Source: the human T2T-CHM13v2.0 reference genome, Homo sapiens
Length of the DNA stretch: 64,000 nt
Assembly: GCF_009914755.1 (NCBI RefSeq)
Contig: NC_060941.1
Reading direction: 5' to 3' (one strand)
Below the pieces are notes generated by a model. It saw only the letters and a list, made by a program, of their open reading frames with translations. It was not told the origin of the DNA and did no database searches. Position numbers and translations under genes: made by a program. This document shows positions 58,825 through 64,000 of the stretch, piece by piece; position 1 is the stretch's first letter, and every line of letters begins with the position of its first letter.

Positions 58825-60897
58825 TTTGTTCTCTGTGAATCTAGAAGGAAATCTAGAACTGGTTGGAAATGTTTTAAAAAATAAGGAATTTGTCTCAATG
58901 ATAAAAAAGGAATTTTTAACTGTTAAAGCTTTTCAAAAGAAGAATGAGAATGAGCTACATAACAAAAGTGGGTAAGATCCCATCTCATAAATAACCATCG
59001 ATCTGGATTCCGAAGCATCACAAAGAATGTTGGACTACCAGGACTCTATGATGACTTTTAAGTGGTAAAAGTAGGATTTTAAAACCCTCTCATCAAGGGT
59101 TACCACTAAGTAGCTCATTATCTTGGGCAAGTTGCCCAAAGTCTCTTCATCTCAGTTTCCAAAAATCTTTTTAAAAAGAAAGTACAGTTTTTGTGAAAAT
59201 TGAAAAGAATATATTAGTAAAGCATCAAATAAATAGAAAACATTATCATCATCATCATGCCATTGGTGTCATCAAATGAAAATATTCCAAGAAAAGAAAA
59301 AATATATAATGCTTTCCATTCATATGATGAAAATATATACATTTTTTCTTACTTTGGGTTTGCTTTAAAAATATAAATATAACTGTGTTTCTCATGAAAA
59401 GGTAATCATATAAAACCATTAAAAACCCAAACCCTGGAAGTTTGCCTTACATCATAAGAAGAAGAGCAACAAAAAGCCTTAGTGAAACTGAACAGAGTGT
59501 TCTCTTTTCCCTGATGGGTGAGATGCGATCTGCACAAGCTGTGAGTGTAGAGAAACAAATGCTAGTCCTTCAGCTGTAGGGGTCTGGGACGACCTTCCTA
59601 ACTAAGGCAAAACTGCCTTTTCTGTGAGTCACCCTTTGAAGGAAGGGCTCGCTGCCTGGGAGCAGTTTTACTGTTTCACATTTCTTTCATTCATCACTTT
59701 TCAGGCCCTGCGCCGTCTGGCACAGCCCCAGCCTCTTTGTGTGGATATCTGGCTCTCATTGCTGCAGAGAAGTGATGTCAGGAGGCTCTGACTCAGGTGA
59801 GCAATAAGGAGCAGATGGCGCCTCCACAAACCCAGAGCCTCTCCCCGCACCCTGCTCCTTGGAACAAGAGTAATTATTATAAATGGGATGGGTGGTGGGA
59901 TAAGCAAAGATCCAAGTTTTCTAAGAGGATCTGCAAAGCTGAACCCTCCAGGAAAAAAAAAAAAAGTGCAGCCACCAGCATGGACAACAGAAAGGAACCC
60001 TGATTGGAGATTGTTTAGGAACATGGTGCTCACTCAATTGGGCGTTGTGCTAATCTGATTAATGAAATGACGATGCTAAGCGGGGCGTTCAGCTTGCTGC
60101 ATCCGTAGCTAAGGCAAGTTGGGCAATTCCCCCCAGAACATCAATTCTCAGCACCCTTGTCAGATAATTGTTTATGAAAAGATGAATGCACGTGGCAATC
60201 TCGGGTGAAGGAGGCTGATGCATGTGTTGTTAATGATTGAAATAATCAGTTTGGTAGTAACTGGCATGTGCGCTTGTCAAATGACAGGCTGGGGAGCATT
60301 AGCATTCCTCAGGCATGGACGCCTTTATCTTCAGGCTGGTGTCTGACAACTACCAAGATCACCCATGAATAAATATCGGGCCTTACCCAGACATAATTAA
60401 ACTGCCAATGCAGATATACCTAAATAAAATTGATATCTTAATGACACCAGATAGTGTTCAAGTAATGAAAGCAGTGTGAGAGGGACCTGCACAATGAATG
60501 GAGACATCAGTGCTCATTCCACAGGGGACTCTTCCCCCAGTAACTCCTCACAGAGGTTGCTTCTCATCGTGGTGGAGTTTTATTTCTGGCCTTTTCTCTT
60601 CGATTGGCCTGCCTTCACCATCTGAGAAATCTTTCCTTCTTTCTCCCTAGCTATACCGGAGAGCTATGTATCTCTCTGCATGGAAGAGGTTTGTGTATCT
60701 TTTGTTACACTCCACTGGGCCACAGAGATTTTGGTTTTGTGACATCTGAAATAACCCCACTATGCTTAGGACACCAGTGTTTGCTGATCCTGGAGCTGCG
60801 GCTGCATCACCTCCTCCACGGAGTCCCGGGAGAAACCTCCGTTGCTCATGTCTGCATCACTCAGTACATCCAGCAAAATGCTAAAAAGCATCAGGTG

Positions 60898-61173
60898 GTA
60901 ATCTCAGCATTTTCGGGGGCCGAGGCGCATGGATCACTTGAGGTCAGGAGTTCGAAACCAGCCTAGCTAACATGGTGAAACTTTCTCTACTAACAATACA
61001 AAAATTAGCCGGGTGTGGTGGTGCGCACCTATAGAGTCCCAGCTACTCAGGAGGCTGAGGCAGGAGAATCGCTTGAACCCAGGAAGCAGAGGCTGCGGTG
61101 AACCGAGATTGTGTCACTGCACTCCAGCCTGGGTGACAGAGCGAGTCTCCTTCTCAAAATAATTTAAAAAAAA
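60898..61173 (+). mobile_element. AluS, 5'-truncated
   Basis: Degenerate TSD aaaagcatcaggtg/aaaagtaccaggtg. Confidence 0.9.
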
Positions 61174-61406
61174 GTACCAGGTGAATCTGATCTCCAGCCT
61201 CTTGCCAGCTCTGGGGGTCGTTTGAGAGAGAGAGTGCGTATGTGCATTTATCTGACTAATTTCCACCTGTCCGCCCTCTCTGACTTCATAAAATTGACTG
61301 TCTACCACGTGGACCAACTCCTCACCACTAAGATGCAAGCACTTTCATCTTATCTAGTCCTTTATCTTTATATGCCACTCCCAGGAAAAAATGAATCTGC
61401 CTCTGA

Positions 61407-61744
<338 letters not shown>

Positions 61745-62385
61745 CATATTACGCTTCTTAATTGCCGTTATCTTGCAGTAGATTTTTCCTACTGATTTCC
61801 CTATGGAAATGGCACCCCCTCTTTCAGCCTCTCTTTTTAACTACCTCCTTTGACTAAAATGTGATTATTCATAGACTTAATTTGCTCACCTGAAAATCGC
61901 TGAAGTTGGACAAGATCATCATTTCTCAAACTGTGTCCTCTAGAACACCAACTTTTCGTAGTACAGTGCCAAGCAGCAGTTGTTCAATAAATATTTGTTG
62001 AATAAATGAAAATACTTGTGTCACGATAAAAGGGATTCTGGAGACAAGTGTAGGGAGAGCTGAGAAAAATGTGTTTAATCTTTACTCTAAAACTTTTCAG
62101 ACCTTCCGATGGGCTACTAAGCAGTATAAAACTTCATATGGTATGCAACTTTTAGCAAACTTATTTAACCATGGAATTTCATGTTTTGCAGTTGCCTAGG
62201 AACCCGTCACAGAATATACATTAGATTTAATGATTACCAAATTTCTTTTGGCTATTAAATTCTATGACCACATGTCTTACACAGAGACCCATCCATCACT
62301 CCCATTCACCTCAAGGGAAGAAAATAAGTCTTCAACTTCATCCCTCCCCATAGCATCTAACACTATGTCTTTCCTTTTAAAGTCC

Positions 62386-63187
62386 TGTGATCATTAAAAA
62401 AAATTTGGTCTTTGTCCCCAGTTCCTGACACAGCTCCTAAAGCCCTTGGAATTTTGGGAGTAATAAGTGCCTTTTGCAAGTAAATGTGATGACTGATGGT
62501 TGGGGGGCCCCTAGATAGCTTCAGGGGAACGGGTTGCCAGAAAGACCAACGCACCATTAGGGAGTTGGAACTTTTAGCCTCACCCTACAACCTCCATGGA
62601 GGGGAGAAAGGGCTGGAATTGGAACTAATCAACAATGGCCAGTGATTTAGTTCATCATGTCTATGTAATGGAACTTCCATAAAAGCCCCTAAACAACCAG
62701 GGTTCAGAAAGCTTACGGAGGTGCTGGGAGGCTGTGCACCCAGAGAGGACATGGGAAGATCCATGCCCTTCCTCCACACCTTGCCCTAAGCATCTTTTCC
62801 ATTTGGCTGTTCTTGAGTTGTATTCTTGACAATAAACTGGTTATAATAAGTACAGTCTTTTTTGAGTTCTGTGAGTTGTTCTGGCAAATTATTGAACCTA
62901 AGAAAGGGGTTATGAGAACCCTTGATATTTAGCCAGTCAGTCAGAAGTACAGGAGGCCTGGGACTTGGGATTAGCATCTGATATGGGGCAGCCTTGTGGG
63001 AGGGACTGAGCCCTTAACTCCAGGGATAGGATGCTAACTCCAGGTAGATAGTGTCAGAATTGAATTGAGTTGTTGAACACCTACTTGGTGTCTGGAGAGT
63101 TGGAGAATTGGTTGGTGTGAGCCAAAAAAAAAAAAAAAAAAACCACACGTTTGGCGTCAGGTATGGTGTTATTAAACACAGCACAGT
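62386..63187 (+). mobile_element. MER21-like solo LTR (second copy)
   Basis: tttggtctttgtccccagttcctgacacagctcctaaagcccttggaat...ctagatagcttcagg...gactgagcccttaac...gtgtcagaattgaattg. Confidence 0.8.
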
Positions 63188-63303
63188 AGTCCTGATTATT
63201 TAAATATACTAACCAAGTCTAAATTCTCACTTTCACACTCTCATGGTTTCCAGTAGCCATTTTCATTGTCTGATGACTTTGTATCTGTATTACTTCTCTA
63301 AAT

Positions 63304-63675
63304 TGTTACAGTTACTTTGGGTAGCTATAACAAAATACCACAGACAAGATGGTTTATACAACAAATATGTATTTCTCCCAGTTCTGGAGGCTGGGAGGTC
63401 CAAGATCAAGGTGTAGGCAGATTCAGCATCTAGTGAGGGCTCTCTCCCTGCTTTGTAAATGGCCATATTCTGTGTCATTCTCACATGGAGGAGTCAGAGA
63501 AACCCCTGGTCTCTTCTTTTAATAAGGGCACTAATCCCGTCATAGCATCTCTACTCTCATCCTCTCACTTAAGCCTGATTATCTACTGAAAGTGCTATCT
63601 ATACCAATACCACCCCATGGAAGATAAGGGCTTCAATGTATGAATTTTGCAGGAACATGTTTAGTCCATTATATC
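63304..63675 (-). mobile_element. MaLR LTR (MST/MLT1A-like)
   Basis: gctataacaaaataccacagac...cagttctggaggctgggaggtccaagatcaagg...aagggcactaatccc. Confidence 0.8.
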
Positions 63676-63786
63676 CACCATGTGTCTTAATATCTTAGAT
63701 AGTGTTCAGATTAACAAACCGTCTCTAATCCTATCCCCCAGTCTACCATATTCTTAGACTTCACTGGCAGTCTCCACTCCACATGT

Positions 63787-64000
63787 TGAGAGGTGAAGCT
63801 GACTGGGCTTCTGGGTCGGGCGGGGACTTGGAGAACTTTTCTGTCTAGCTAAAGGATTGTAAACACACCAATCAGCACTCTGTCTAGCTAAAGGTTTTCA
63901 AACGCACCAATCATCACTCTGTAAAAACGCACCAATCAGCGTTCTTGTGTCTAGCTAAAGGTTTATAAACACACCAATCAGCACTCTGTAAAAAATGCAC
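63787..64000 (+). mobile_element. 5' end of LTR12 (ERV9), truncated by the window edge
   Basis: TGAGAGGTGAAGC...GGGGACTTGGAGAACTTTTCTGTCTAGCTAAAGG with repeated CACCAATCA units. Confidence 0.9.

Noticed and set aside
63840-64000. Regularly spaced repeats resembling a CRISPR-like array
   Set aside because: These are the normal tandem CCAAT enhancer units of LTR12 in a eukaryotic genome.

Overview
Human/primate genomic DNA: AT-rich, about 23 Alus, plus L1, MIR, MaLR, ERV and DNA-transposon relics. The only protein-coding sequence is the terminal coding exon of a heparan sulfate glucosamine 3-O-sulfotransferase on the minus strand (11369-11990). Its C-terminus ...TGHDFGWDG matches HS3ST3A1 as I recall it; the paralog HS3ST3B1 ends ...GWD. 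A roughly 2.1 kb 3' UTR with proximal and distal poly(A) signals lies at lower coordinates. Everything from 11991 to the window end is one intron of more than 52 kb, and exon 1 is outside the window. The intron holds a MADE1-derived miR-548 hairpin (MIR548H3), a second triple-TIR MADE1, a young AluYb8/Yb9 inside a three-layer nest, several solo LTRs (MER39-like, MER21 x2, LTR16-like, MaLRs, start of an LTR12), a perfect 42-bp palindrome at an LTR junction, and a CpG-enriched MIR beside the exon. I found no convincing new gene or multi-gene system; the best leads are non-coding. Repeat subfamily names come from my recall of consensus sequences and need RepeatMasker/Dfam confirmation.
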